Source of the DNA: Burkholderiales bacterium
Lineage (GTDB): Bacteria; Pseudomonadota; Gammaproteobacteria; Burkholderiales; Casimicrobiaceae
Reading direction: 5' to 3'
DNA length: 64,000 nucleotides
NCBI GenBank assembly: GCA_046347755.1
Contig: JAXMFM010000004.1
Span: forward strand, 368,028 to 432,027
Under the pieces are notes generated by a model that was not told the origin of the DNA, did no database searches, and saw only the letters and a program-made list of their open reading frames with translations. The position numbers and the translations under genes were made by a program. How positions within the stretch are numbered: the first letter of the stretch is position 1; each line of letters opens with the position of its first letter. Below, piece after piece: positions 12,639-22,900 of this stretch.

Positions 12639-13349
12639 ATGCGCACCGCGCCGCTCCTCTCCGCCATCCTGCTCGCCGCCTTCCTGGCGTCGCCGGCGCA
12701 CGCGCAATCGGACCAGACGACCGACCCGCGGGAGTTCAACGATGCGGCGCGCAAGGCCTACGCGCAGACGCTGAAGGACGCGCGCACGCTGATCAACGAG
12801 AAGAAGTACGACGACGCGATCGCGCTGCTCGACAAGCTGTCCGCCGAACGGCCGCGCGAGCCGCAGGCGCGGTTCCTCAAGGGGCTCGCGCTCGCCGACG
12901 CCGGCAAGACCGACGCCGCGATCACCATGTTCCAGGCTGTGCTCGGCGACTACCCGGAATTGCCGGAACCGCACAACAACCTGGCGGTACTCTACGCGAG
13001 CAAGGGCGAATACGGGCTCGCGCGCGACGAGCTCGAGGCGGCGATCAGCGCGGCCCCCGACTACACGGTCGCGTACGAGAACCTGGGCGACATCTACGCG
13101 CGCCTCGCGGCCGTCAACTACGAGAAGGCGATCGCGCGCGACGCGCGGAACAAGTCCGCGCCGGCCAAGCTCAGGCTCGTGCGCGAAGTGCTTGCGCCGG
13201 CGCCTGCGACGCCGCCTGCGGCCGCGGCTTCCGTCCCTCCTCCGGCCGCTTCTTCCGTCCCTGCTCCGGCCGCGGCTTCCGTGCCTGCTCCGGCCGCGGC
13301 TTCCGTCCCTGCTCCGGCCGCGGCGCCTGCCGCGCCGGCGCCACAATGA
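12639..13349 (+). CDS. Exported TPR-repeat protein with Pro/Ala-rich tail
   Basis: Signal peptide (AHA), YPELPEPHNNLAVLYA...AYENLGDIY TPRs; typical neighbour of ppiA/ppiB. Confidence 0.85.
   Translation: MRTAPLLSAILLAAFLASPAHAQSDQTTDPREFNDAARKAYAQTLKDARTLINEKKYDDAIALLDKLSAERPREPQARFLKGLALADAGKTDAAITMFQAVLGDYPELPEPHNNLAVLYASKGEYGLARDELEAAISAAPDYTVAYENLGDIYARLAAVNYEKAIARDARNKSAPAKLRLVREVLAPAPATPPAAAASVPPPAASSVPAPAAASVPAPAAASVPAPAAAPAAPAPQ
13218..13325 (+). repeat. ~4 imperfect in-frame 24-bp tandem repeats (PAAASVPA)
   Basis: Unit ccggccgcggcttccgtccctgct repeated. Confidence 0.8.
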
Positions 13350-13380
13350 TCCCGGTTTTTCCGCAGAAGGAGACTCAGCA

Positions 13381-13977
13381 ATGATTCGCAACATAGTCAT
13401 GGCCGCCGCGCTCGCGCTGGCGACGACCCCGGCGCTCGCCGCCAATCCGCAGGTCGAGCTGGACACCACCGCCGGCGTGATCAGGATCGAGCTGTACCCG
13501 GACGCGGCGCCGAAGACGGTCGCCAACTTCCTCGACTACGTGAAGAGCGGCCATTACGTGGGCACGCAGTTCCACCGCGTGATCGACGGCTTCATGATCC
13601 AGGGCGGCGGCTTCACGACCGACTTCAAGCAGAAGCCGACCAAGCCGCCGATCCCGATCGAATCGGAATCGTCGAGCAAGGCCGGCCTGTCGAACGTGGT
13701 GGGCACGCTCGCGATGGCGCGCACCGGCGATCCCAATTCCGCGACGAGCCAGTTCTTCATCAACGTCGCCGACAACAGCCGCCTCAACTTCAGCTCGCCG
13801 ACGCCGCAGGGCTACGGCTACACGGTATTCGGCAAGGTCGTCGACGGCATGGACGTCGTGATGAAGATCGCCAAGGGCCCGAAGGGCGCGACGGGACCGG
13901 TGCCGCAGGGCATCAATCCGGGCGACGTGCCGGCCACGCAGGTCGTGATCAAGTCAGCGAAGGTGATCGGCGGCTGA
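13381..13977 (+). CDS. ppiA: Periplasmic cyclophilin-type peptidyl-prolyl isomerase
   Basis: Signal peptide; [28 protein letters not shown]; GAAGGAG SD. Confidence 0.88.
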   Translation: MIRNIVMAAALALATTPALAANPQVELDTTAGVIRIELYPDAAPKTVANFLDYVKSGHYVGTQFHRVIDGFMIQGGGFTTDFKQKPTKPPIPIESESSSKAGLSNVVGTLAMARTGDPNSATSQFFINVADNSRLNFSSPTPQGYGYTVFGKVVDGMDVVMKIAKGPKGATGPVPQGINPGDVPATQVVIKSAKVIGG

Positions 13978-14007
13978 TCCTTCGAGCGGCCAAGACCGCC
14001 CCCAGAA

Positions 14008-14514
14008 ATGGAGAAACCCATGGTCGTACTCAAAACCAGCCACGGCGACATCAAGCTCGCGCTCGACACCGAGAACGCGCCGGCCACCGTCGCCAATTTC
14101 CTGCAATACGTTCGCGAGGGGCACTACGACAACACGGTGTTCCATCGCGTGATCGACGGCTTCATGATCCAGGGCGGCGGCATGGAACCCGGCCTGAAGC
14201 AGAAGCCCACGCGCGCGCCGGTCGCGAACGAGGCCACCAACGGCCTCAAGAACAAGATGTACACGGTCGCGATGGCGCGCACGTCCGACCCGCATTCGGC
14301 GACCGCGCAGTTCTTCATCAACGTCGCCGACAACGAGTTCCTCGACTACAAGGCGCCGAGCGCCAACGGCTGGGGCTATTGCGTGTTCGCCAAGGTCGTG
14401 GAGGGGCAGGACGTCGTCGACCGCATCCGCGCCGTGCCCACCGGCAACAGCGGATTCCACCAGAACGTCCCAAAGGAGGACGTCGTGATCCACAAGGCGG
14501 TCGAGGCGCCCTGA
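14008..14514 (+). CDS. ppiB: Cytoplasmic cyclophilin-type peptidyl-prolyl isomerase
   Basis: [32 protein letters not shown]. Confidence 0.92.
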   Translation: MEKPMVVLKTSHGDIKLALDTENAPATVANFLQYVREGHYDNTVFHRVIDGFMIQGGGMEPGLKQKPTRAPVANEATNGLKNKMYTVAMARTSDPHSATAQFFINVADNEFLDYKAPSANGWGYCVFAKVVEGQDVVDRIRAVPTGNSGFHQNVPKEDVVIHKAVEAP

Positions 14515-14515
14515 G

Positions 14516-14566
14516 AAAAATGGGGTCGAACCCCATTACGGCCTGTAATGGGGTCTGACCCCTTTT
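14516..14566. repeat. GGGGTCWGACCCC REP-like doublet, copy 2
   Basis: aaaaatggggtcgaaccccattacggcctgtaatggggtctgacccctttt, nearly identical to the 2051-2100 copy. Confidence 0.85.
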
Positions 14567-14576
14567 CCCAGGGGTC

Positions 14577-15341
14577 GTGGCCGACGCACCGGCGGCGAAG
14601 CCGAAAATGGGACCCGACCCCACGCTGTTCCTGTCCGACCTCCACCTGTCGCCCGACCGGCCCGGCGCGGTCGCCGCGTTCCATGCGCTGGCCGCGGGCC
14701 CGGCGCGCGCGGCCGCGAGCGTCTACATCCTGGGCGACCTCTTCGACTGGTGGGTCGGCGACGACCAGATGCGCGATCCGTTCGTCGCGTCGATCGTCGC
14801 GTCGCTGCGCGACATCTCGGATTCCGGCGTGCCGCTGTTCGTCGGCCGCGGCAACCGCGACTTCCTGCTGGGCGAGCGCTTCGCGAACGCGACCGGCGCG
14901 AAATTGCTGGACGATTTCGTCGTCGTGAGCGCCGGCGGCACCCGCACGCTGCTGTGCCACGGCGACGAGCTTTGCACCGACGACGTCGAGTACCAGACCT
15001 ACCGCACGCGGATGCGCGCGCCGGACACGCAGGCGCGGCTGCTGCGCCTGCCCTACCTCGTGCGCCGCGGGATCGCGTGGTGGCTGCGTCGCCGCAGCCG
15101 CAACGAGAAGGCACTGAAGCCCGATTCGATCATGGACGTCGCGCCCGACGCCGTCGCCGCGGCGTTCCGTGCGCACGACGTCCTGCGGATGATCCACGGC
15201 CACACGCACCGGCCGGCGCGCCACGAGCACGTCGTCGACGGCGCGATCCGCGAGCGCTTCGTGCTGGCCGATTGGCACGACCGCGGCCACTACCTCGCCG
15301 TCGACGCCGACGGCGTGCACGCGCGCGAGATCCGCGCCTAG
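14577..15341 (+). CDS. lpxH: UDP-2,3-diacylglucosamine diphosphatase (start may be ATG 14607)
   Basis: SDLHL, GDLFD, GNRDF, HGD, HGHTH motifs. Confidence 0.92.
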   Translation: MADAPAAKPKMGPDPTLFLSDLHLSPDRPGAVAAFHALAAGPARAAASVYILGDLFDWWVGDDQMRDPFVASIVASLRDISDSGVPLFVGRGNRDFLLGERFANATGAKLLDDFVVVSAGGTRTLLCHGDELCTDDVEYQTYRTRMRAPDTQARLLRLPYLVRRGIAWWLRRRSRNEKALKPDSIMDVAPDAVAAAFRAHDVLRMIHGHTHRPARHEHVVDGAIRERFVLADWHDRGHYLAVDADGVHAREIRA

Positions 15342-16600
15342 TACCGTTTGGCGGGCCCTAGCCCCGCCAGCGCCTGTCGGAAGTCGCCGATCAGGTCGTC
15401 GCCGTCCTCGATGCCGGTCGAGATGCGGATCAGCGAATCCGCGATGCCCATCGCCGCGCGGCGCTCGGCGCCCATTTCGTAGAAGATCGTGTGCGCCACG
15501 GGAATCGCGAGCGTCCGGTTGTCGCCCAGGTTCGACGACAGCACGACGACCTTCAGCCGGTTGAGGAACTCGAACGGATCGATGCCGTCCGCCAGCTCGA
15601 ACGACAGCAATCCGCCATAGCCGCGGAACAGCCGCGTGGCGAGCGCGTGCTGCGCATGCAACGCGAGGCCCGGGTAGTGGACGGCGCGAACCTGCGGCTG
15701 CGCGGCGAGCCATTGCGCGAGCGCCAGCGCGTTCGCGCAGATCCGCTCCATCCGCAGCGCCAGCGTTTCCGCGCCGATCGCGATGTGGTGCGCCTGCTCG
15801 GCGGCCAGCGTGCCGCCCCAGTCACGCAGGCCCTTCTTGCGCAGCTGCTGCAGCCCCCAGTTGCGCGGCGGCTGCGACTTGTACGCGTCGGCGATGTTCG
15901 GGAATTTCGTCCAGTCGAAGAGGCCGGTGTCGGTGATGCTGCCGGCGAGCGCGTTGCCGTGGCCGCCGATGTACTTGGTCAGCGCGTTGACGATCAGCGA
16001 CGCGCCGACGTCCTTCGGACGGAACAGCCACGGCGACGTCATCGTGTTGTCGACGACGTACAGGATGCCGCGCGCGCGACACAACTGCCCGATGCGCGCC
16101 AGGTCGGCGACCTGCACGCGCGGATTGGCGATCGTCTCGACGAACACGAGGCGCGTGGCGGGCGTCAGCGCGGCCTCGACCTTCGCGGCGTCCGTGGCGT
16201 CGACGTACGACACCGCGTGTCCGTGCCCCTCCAGCGTGGCCAGCATGCTGGTCGTGTTGCCGAACACGAACTGGCTCGACACGACGTGGTCGCCGGCCTT
16301 GAGCAGCGCCAGCATGATCGCGCCGATCGCGGCCATGCCGGTCGCGAACGTGATGGTGCCCGTGCCGCCTTCCATCGCGGTGACCTTGGCCTCGAGCGCG
16401 GTCGACGTCGGGTTGCCCTGCCGGCCGTAGACGAACCCGGAGGCGCGGCCCTGGAAGACCGCGGCCAGCTCGCGCGCATCGCGGTAGCCGTACGCGACCG
16501 ACAGGTGCAGCGGCTTGTGCAGCGCGCCGTGCTCGATCGCCGCGTCGCGGTCGGAGTGGAGGATTGCGGTCGTGAAGCCGCGGTTGATGTCGTCGCTCAT
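15338..16600 (-). CDS. Cys/Met metabolism PLP enzyme (cystathionine gamma-synthase / O-acylhomoserine sulfhydrylase family)
   Basis: YGRQGNPT, TGMAAI, ETIANP, VDNT, LTKYIGGHG, NLGD; sits under a SAM riboswitch. Confidence 0.88.
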   Translation of the reverse strand: MSDDINRGFTTAILHSDRDAAIEHGALHKPLHLSVAYGYRDARELAAVFQGRASGFVYGRQGNPTSTALEAKVTAMEGGTGTITFATGMAAIGAIMLALLKAGDHVVSSQFVFGNTTSMLATLEGHGHAVSYVDATDAAKVEAALTPATRLVFVETIANPRVQVADLARIGQLCRARGILYVVDNTMTSPWLFRPKDVGASLIVNALTKYIGGHGNALAGSITDTGLFDWTKFPNIADAYKSQPPRNWGLQQLRKKGLRDWGGTLAAEQAHHIAIGAETLALRMERICANALALAQWLAAQPQVRAVHYPGLALHAQHALATRLFRGYGGLLSFELADGIDPFEFLNRLKVVVLSSNLGDNRTLAIPVAHTIFYEMGAERRAAMGIADSLIRISTGIEDGDDLIGDFRQALAGLGPAKRY

Positions 16601-16621
16601 GATCGTTCGTCCTGCGCCTGG

Positions 16622-16659
16622 AAAACAAAAAACCCGTCGAGCTTCCGCCGGACGGGTTT
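16622..16659 (-). terminator. Intrinsic terminator in the riboswitch leader
   Basis: Minus strand AAACCCGTC-cggcggaagctc-GACGGGTTTTTTGTTTT. Confidence 0.8.
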
Positions 16660-16695
16660 CGTGTGCTCCGCCACATATCCTGTGGCTGGAGCGGA

Positions 16696-16752
16696 ACCTC
16701 GCTTTAGCGGAATTTATTAAGCGCCCGCAAGCTGAAGCCTCAAATCGGCGCA
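16696..16752 (-). ncRNA. SAM-II riboswitch aptamer
   Basis: Minus strand GCGCC-GAUUUGA...GCUUGCG-GGCGC-UUAAUAAAUUCCGCUAAAGCGAGG: P1 GCGCC/GGCGC, conserved GAUUU, UUGC, A-rich loop and GCUAAAG; upstream of a Met biosynthesis gene. Confidence 0.85.
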
Positions 16753-16758
16753 AATTGA

Positions 16759-16787
16759 AGTATATCGGCCGTCGGCGGATCCGTCAA
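16759..16787 (-). promoter_or_regulatory. sigma70 promoter TTGACG-17-TATACT driving the riboswitch leader
   Basis: -35 at 16782-16787, -10 at 16759-16764, placed just upstream of the aptamer. Confidence 0.8.
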
Positions 16788-16908
16788 TCGCACCCGCTGG
16801 CCACACGCCGGCCCAGATAGGTAGACTAGCGCGGCCAGCGAGCGCGCGGGGAGGCGCGCCGGGACAGCGCCGCGGGCGGGCGCTGCAACCTTCGCACGAG
16901 AACACCCG

Positions 16909-19900
16909 ATGCGCGCATCGCAGAAGATTCCCCGAAAGCCAATCGCGTCGAAGCCGGCGAAGGCGTCCCCGTGCGCGGAGGTCGCGGCGCTTGCCGCCTC
17001 CGGTCGCCACGTGCAGGCGATCGAGGCAGCGTCCGTCGCACTTGCCGCCGCGCGCGTCGCGCCGGCGGATCGCCTCGACCTGCTCGACCTGCGCGCCGAA
17101 AGCCACATCGCGGCGGGCGACCTCGGTTCGGCCGCCGCCGACGCGAAGGCGATGCTCGACGTCGCGCGCCGCGCGAAGAGGCCCGCGCTGCTCGCGCAGG
17201 CGCTCTGCCGGCAGGCCTACGTCGAGATTCGCTCGGGCGCGGCGCGCGATGCGGTTGCCACCGCCGAAGCGGCGTTGCAGGCGGCTCGCCGTTCGCGGCA
17301 TGCGGGGGTGGAGGCGATTGCGCTGCTGCGCCTCGGCGAAGCGCAGTTCCGGACGCGCGAGAACGCGAGAGCGGCCAGGAGCTGTGCGCAGGCCGCCCGC
17401 ATGTTCAAGGCATCGGGACAGACGGCCTGGGAAGGACGCGCATGGTGGGCCATCTCGGCCGCCCGCAGCGGCGAGGGCCGCGTCGAGGACGCCGATCGCG
17501 CGGCGAAGCGGGCGTTGGCGCTCGCGCAGCGCGCAGGCGACCGCCTCGGCATCGGCAACGCGCTCAACATGCTCACGTTCCACGAGCCCGACATCGCGAG
17601 GTGCATGCGCCTGCTGCGCCAGGCGCAGGCCGCGTTCGAGGCCGCCGGCTACGTCGAGCGTCAGGGCGTCATCACGCACAACCTCGGCAACCAGTACAGC
17701 AATCTCGGCCTCTATCGTCGCGCGCGGCGGCTGTTCGCGAAGGCCGAAGACGCGTACCGCCGCGCCGGATCGGTGGGCTTCGGACTCGCCACGACGTTGT
17801 GGATGCGCGGAAACACCGAACACGAACTCGGCAACGCCGCAGGCGCCCGGGCGAATTTCGTCGAAGCCGTCGACCGCTGGGAGGCCTCGCGCCCGGCGAA
17901 TTACGCCGCCTATCGACCGCTGGTCTACGGCCAGCTCGCGCTATGGGAGGGCGATTCCCAGTCCGCGGTGACGCTCTACGAGCAGGGGACCCGGATCCTG
18001 CGCGATTCGGATCAGGTCTCGTTGCAGATCAATGCCCTCGTCGGGCTCTCCGAGTCGTGCCTGGCGGCCGGCCGGGCGGCGGCGGCGCTGGCGGCGTCCG
18101 AACGCGCGACGTCGATCCATCGTGCGCGCGGCCTGGCCGACATCCAGGGCATCGACGAGACGGAACTCTGGTGGCGGCACCGCGAGGCGCTGCGGGCCAA
18201 CGGCAGGGCCGCGGCCGCGCAGCGCGCGCTGGCCCTCGCCTACCGGTTCCTGGTCGAGCCCATCCGCAAGCTCACCGACGAGGGCCTGCGGCGCAACTAC
18301 CTCAACAAGGTCCCCGTGCACCGCAGGATCGTCGAGGCGACGCTGGCAGGCCGCCGCCGATCCGCGCGGCCGCCCGCGCACCTGGCGGTCCCGTCGAGCC
18401 TGCAGGAGCCTTTCGAGCGGCTCGTCGACAGCGGCCTTCGCATGAACGAGCTGCGCTCGCGCGACGAGTTGCAGGAGTTCCTGATCGACGAGGCCACCGA
18501 GATTTCCGGCGCGGAGCGCGTGCTGCTGATCCTCGACGCGCCCGCCGGGCACGAGCTCGCCGGCTCGCTGGTGCCGAAAGGCGAGGACGCGACGCGGCTG
18601 ATGCGGGACGTCGCGCCGGCCCTTGCCGACGTCGCGCGCACGCGCATCGCCAGCCTCGCGCACGTCCCCGAAGGCGCGCCGGAGCTTGCGCAGCGTTCGC
18701 GCATCGTCGCGCCGCTGGTCGCGCGCAACGCGCTGATGGGCTACCTGTACGCGGATCTCGACGGCGCGTTCGGCCGCTTCCACGAAGCCGACCGCGATCT
18801 CCTCGCGATGCTGGCGAGCCAGGCCGCCGTCGCGCTCGACAACGCGCAGTGGGCGGAAGGCCTGGAGCAGAAGGTCGCGCAACGCACCGAAGAGCTGCGC
18901 TCGTCCAACGCGCTGCTCGAGCAACGCGCGAACGAGCTCGCGCTGATCAACAGCATCCAGCAAGGCATGGCCGCCGAGCTCGATTTCCAGGTCATCGTGG
19001 ACCTGGTCGGCGACAAGCTGCGCGAACTCTTCGCGACCGGCGACCTTGCGATCCAGTGGCGCGACGAGCAGGCGAATCTCGTGCACGACATGTACGTCTT
19101 CGAGCACGGCCGGCGCTTGCCGCAGCACGCGTGGCCGTACAACCCCGAGCTTCCGATCAATCGGGCGCTGCAGGCGGGCAAGCCGGTCATCCTGGGCGAC
19201 CGCGCGGCCATAGACGCCGTCGGTGGAGCGGTTGCGCCAGGTACCGACCCGTGCCTGTCGTGCGTCTTCGTGCCCGTGACGGTCGGCGAGCGGTTGGTAG
19301 GCGCCATTTCGATCGAGAACTTCGAACGCGAGCATGCTTTCGGCGAATCGGATGTCCGCCTGCTGTCCACGGTCGCGGCCAGCATGGGCGTCGCGCTCGA
19401 GAACGCCCGCCTGTTCGCCGAGACGCAGCGGCTGCTGAAGGAGACCGAGCAGCGTGCGGCCGAGCTCGCGATCATCAACAGCGTCCAGCAGGCGCTGGCC
19501 GCCGAACTGTCGATGCAGGGCATCTACGACGCCGTCGGCGACAAGGTCCGCGAGATCTTCGGCAATGCCGACGTGGGAATCCGCATCCTCGATCCGAAGA
19601 CGCGCCTGATGCACTATCCGTACACGTACGAGTACGGCCGCCGGATCGACATCGCCACGTCGCCGCTGCGCGACCACGGCTTCGCCGCCCATGTGCTGCG
19701 CACGCGCGAGACGCTGCTCGTCAACGAGGACATGGACGCGGTGGCGGCGAAGCACGGGAGCCTGCCTTTTCCCGGCACCGCCGACGAGAAGTCGGCCATT
19801 TACGTTCCGCTGGTGGTCGGCGACCAGGCGCGCGGCCTCATCAGCCTGATAGACACGCAGCGCGAGCATGCGTTCACCGACTCCGACGTGCGACTGCTGC

Positions 19901-22900
19901 AGACGCTCGCGAACAGCATGAGCATCGCGCTCGAGAACGCGCGCCTGTTCGACGAGACGCAGCGGCTGCTGTCGGAGACCGAGCGCCGCGGACGCGAAGC
20001 GACGGCGCTGGCCGAAGTCGGCCGCGACCTGTCGGCGTCGCTCGACCTCGCCACCGTGATGGATCGCATCGCGCGCCACGCGAAGGACCTGCTGCAGGGC
20101 AACAGCAGCGCGATCTTCCTGCCGGAAACCGGCACGTCGAACTTCCGCGCGATCGTCGCGATCGGCGACACCGCCGACGCGATCAAGGCGACGGCCGTCG
20201 AAGGCGGCGCCGGCATCATCGGAAGCCTGATTGCGAGCGGCGAGCCCGAGCTCATCAACGACGCGCAGGCCGACCCGCGCGCGATCCAGATCCCCGGCAC
20301 CGAGCAGCAGGTCGACGAGCGCCTGATGGTCGTGCCGCTGAGGGGGGACAGCGCCGTCGAAGGCGCGATGGCCGTCTGGCGCACCGGCGGCCAGCCGTTC
20401 GACGACCGCGACCTGGAGTTCCTGGTCGGCCTGTCGCGGCAGGCCATGGTCGCCTTGCACAACGCGCGGCTGTTCAACGAGACGAAGGAGGCGCTGGAGC
20501 GGCAGACCGCAATGGCCGAGGTGCTCCAGGTCATCAGCGGATCGATGGCCGATCCGAAGCCGGTCTTCGACAAGATCCTCGACAGCTGCGCACGGCTGTT
20601 CGGCGCAGGCGACCCGGCGGTGTTCCTGGTCGACGGGGAGATGCTGCACATCGGCGCCTACCGCGGCAAGTTCGCCAAGGACGTCGAAACGACGTTTCCT
20701 CGCCCGCTGGCCGGCACGGTCAGCGACATGGCGATCCGCCAGGGGTCGATCCTCTATCGACCCAGCGTGCTGGCTTCGGGCGACATGCCGGACTACATCG
20801 TGGAGGTCGCGCGCAAGCGCGGCGATTTCTCCGTCGTCAACGCCCCGATGACGTGGAACGGGCGCGGGATCGGCACGATCGACATCATCTGCACGCCGCC
20901 GCGGCTCTTCTCGGAGTCCGAGAAGAACCTGGTGAAGACCTTCGCCGACCAGGCCGTGATCGCCATCGAGAACGCGCGGCTGTTCAACGAGACGAAGGAG
21001 GCGCTGGCCAAGGTCGAAGAGCGGACACGCGAGGTCTCCGAGTCCCTGCAATACCAGACCGCGATCAGCGACGTGCTTCGTTGCATCAGCGAGTCGCCGA
21101 CGGACGTCACGCCCGTCTTCTCGGCGATCCTGGAGAGCGCGGCGCGGCTCTTCGGCAATCCGATCGGAGCGGCGTTCCGCTTCGACGGCCAGCTCGTGCA
21201 CCTGATCGCCACGCAGAACTGGTCGCCCGAGGCCGTCGCGAACGCACGCCGGCTTTATCCTGCACCGCCCAACCCTGCGCAGGTGAGCGGCCGGGTGATC
21301 CTTTCGGGCACCGTGCAGATCGAGGACGACGCCCTCAGCGACCCCGATTACGATCAGGCAACGGCGCTCGCCGGCGGGTGGCGCCGCGTGTTGGGCGCCC
21401 CGTTGCTGAAGGACGGGGTTGCCATCGGCGCCCTCGTGGTCGCCTGGCCGGATCCGGGGAAGACGCCGGAGCGCCAGATTGGCCTGCTGCAAACCTTTGC
21501 CGGGCAGGCGGTGATCGCCATCGAGAACGTGCGCCACATCAACGAGACGCGCGAGGCGCTCGAGCAGCAAACCGCCACTGCCGAAGTCCTGCAAGTCATC
21601 AGCAGTTCGGTTGCCGATGCCGCGCCGGTGTTCGACAAGATCCTCGAGTCCGGCCAGCACCTGTTCGCCACCGAGCAGCTCGGCATATTCCTCATCAAGG
21701 ACGACGGCCAGGTGCACGCGGGCGCGTGGCGCGGGTCCGCGCTGGACGCGATCGCGAAGACGTTCCCCAAGCCGGTCGACCAGACGATGACGGGGCGGGT
21801 CGTCCGCGAGCGGCGCACGGTCCACCTTCCCGACACGGCGACGCTGCCCGACGCGCCGGCCGCGGTTCGCGGTGTCGTCGATCTCATTGGCAACATCTCG
21901 GTTGCGTGGGCGCCCATGATGTGGGAAGACCGCGGCGTGGGCTCGATCGCCGTCCTGCGGCAGCCGCCGAAGCCGTTCACCGACAAGGAGCTCGCGCTGC
22001 TGAAGACCTTCGGCGACCAGGCGGTCATCGCGATCCAGAACGCGCGGCTGTTCAACGAGACGAAGGAGGCCCTGGAGCAGCAAACGGCGACCGCCGAGGT
22101 GCTGGACGTCATCAGCCACTCGATGGCCGACGCGTCGCCGGTGTTCGAGAAGATCGTCGAGTGCTGCGACCGCCTGTTCCCGGCGCAGGCGTTCGCGCTG
22201 GGTATCGTCGACGAGCACGACCAGGTGGACGTGCCGGTGTTTCGCGTGACCCAAGCGGCGCGCCGTCGACTGGGCGAGGCCGGGGCAGCCGAGATCGAAT
22301 CGCGGATTCGCGCCGCGTTCCCGCGACCGCTCGCCGGCACGCTGACCGAGCAGGCGATCCGCAGCAAGCGGCTGGTCGAGATCCGCGATCTTCGCGACCG
22401 GGGCGTCGCGTCGCAGCCGGCCGTGCAGGCTGCCCTGCAGATGAATCTCGGCACGTCGGTGGTCATCGCGCCGTTGATGTGGGAAGGCCGCGGCATCGGC
22501 TCGCTGACGATGTTCCGCGAGGAGATCGAGGGACTGCGCGAGCGCGAGAACGCGCTGCTCAAGACGTTCGCGGACCAGGCGGTGATCGCGATCCAGAACG
22601 CGCGGCTGTTCAACGAGACCAAGGCGGCCCTCGAGCGCCAGACGGCGACCGCCGAGATCCTGCGCGTCATCAGCGGCTCGGTCACCGACACGCAGCCGGT
22701 GTTCGATGCGATCGTCGCGAGTTGCCAGCGCCTGTTCGCGGGCAAGGCCGTCGCCCTCGTGTTTCCGAACGGGCAGGTGCTCGAATCGGTCGCGTATTCC
22801 GACGACAGCGGCGCGCAGCGCGGGCCGGGCATGCTGAAGCCGTGGCCGCTCGACAGGGGCAGCGGCGCGGGCACGTGCATTCTCGAGTCGCGGGTCGTCA

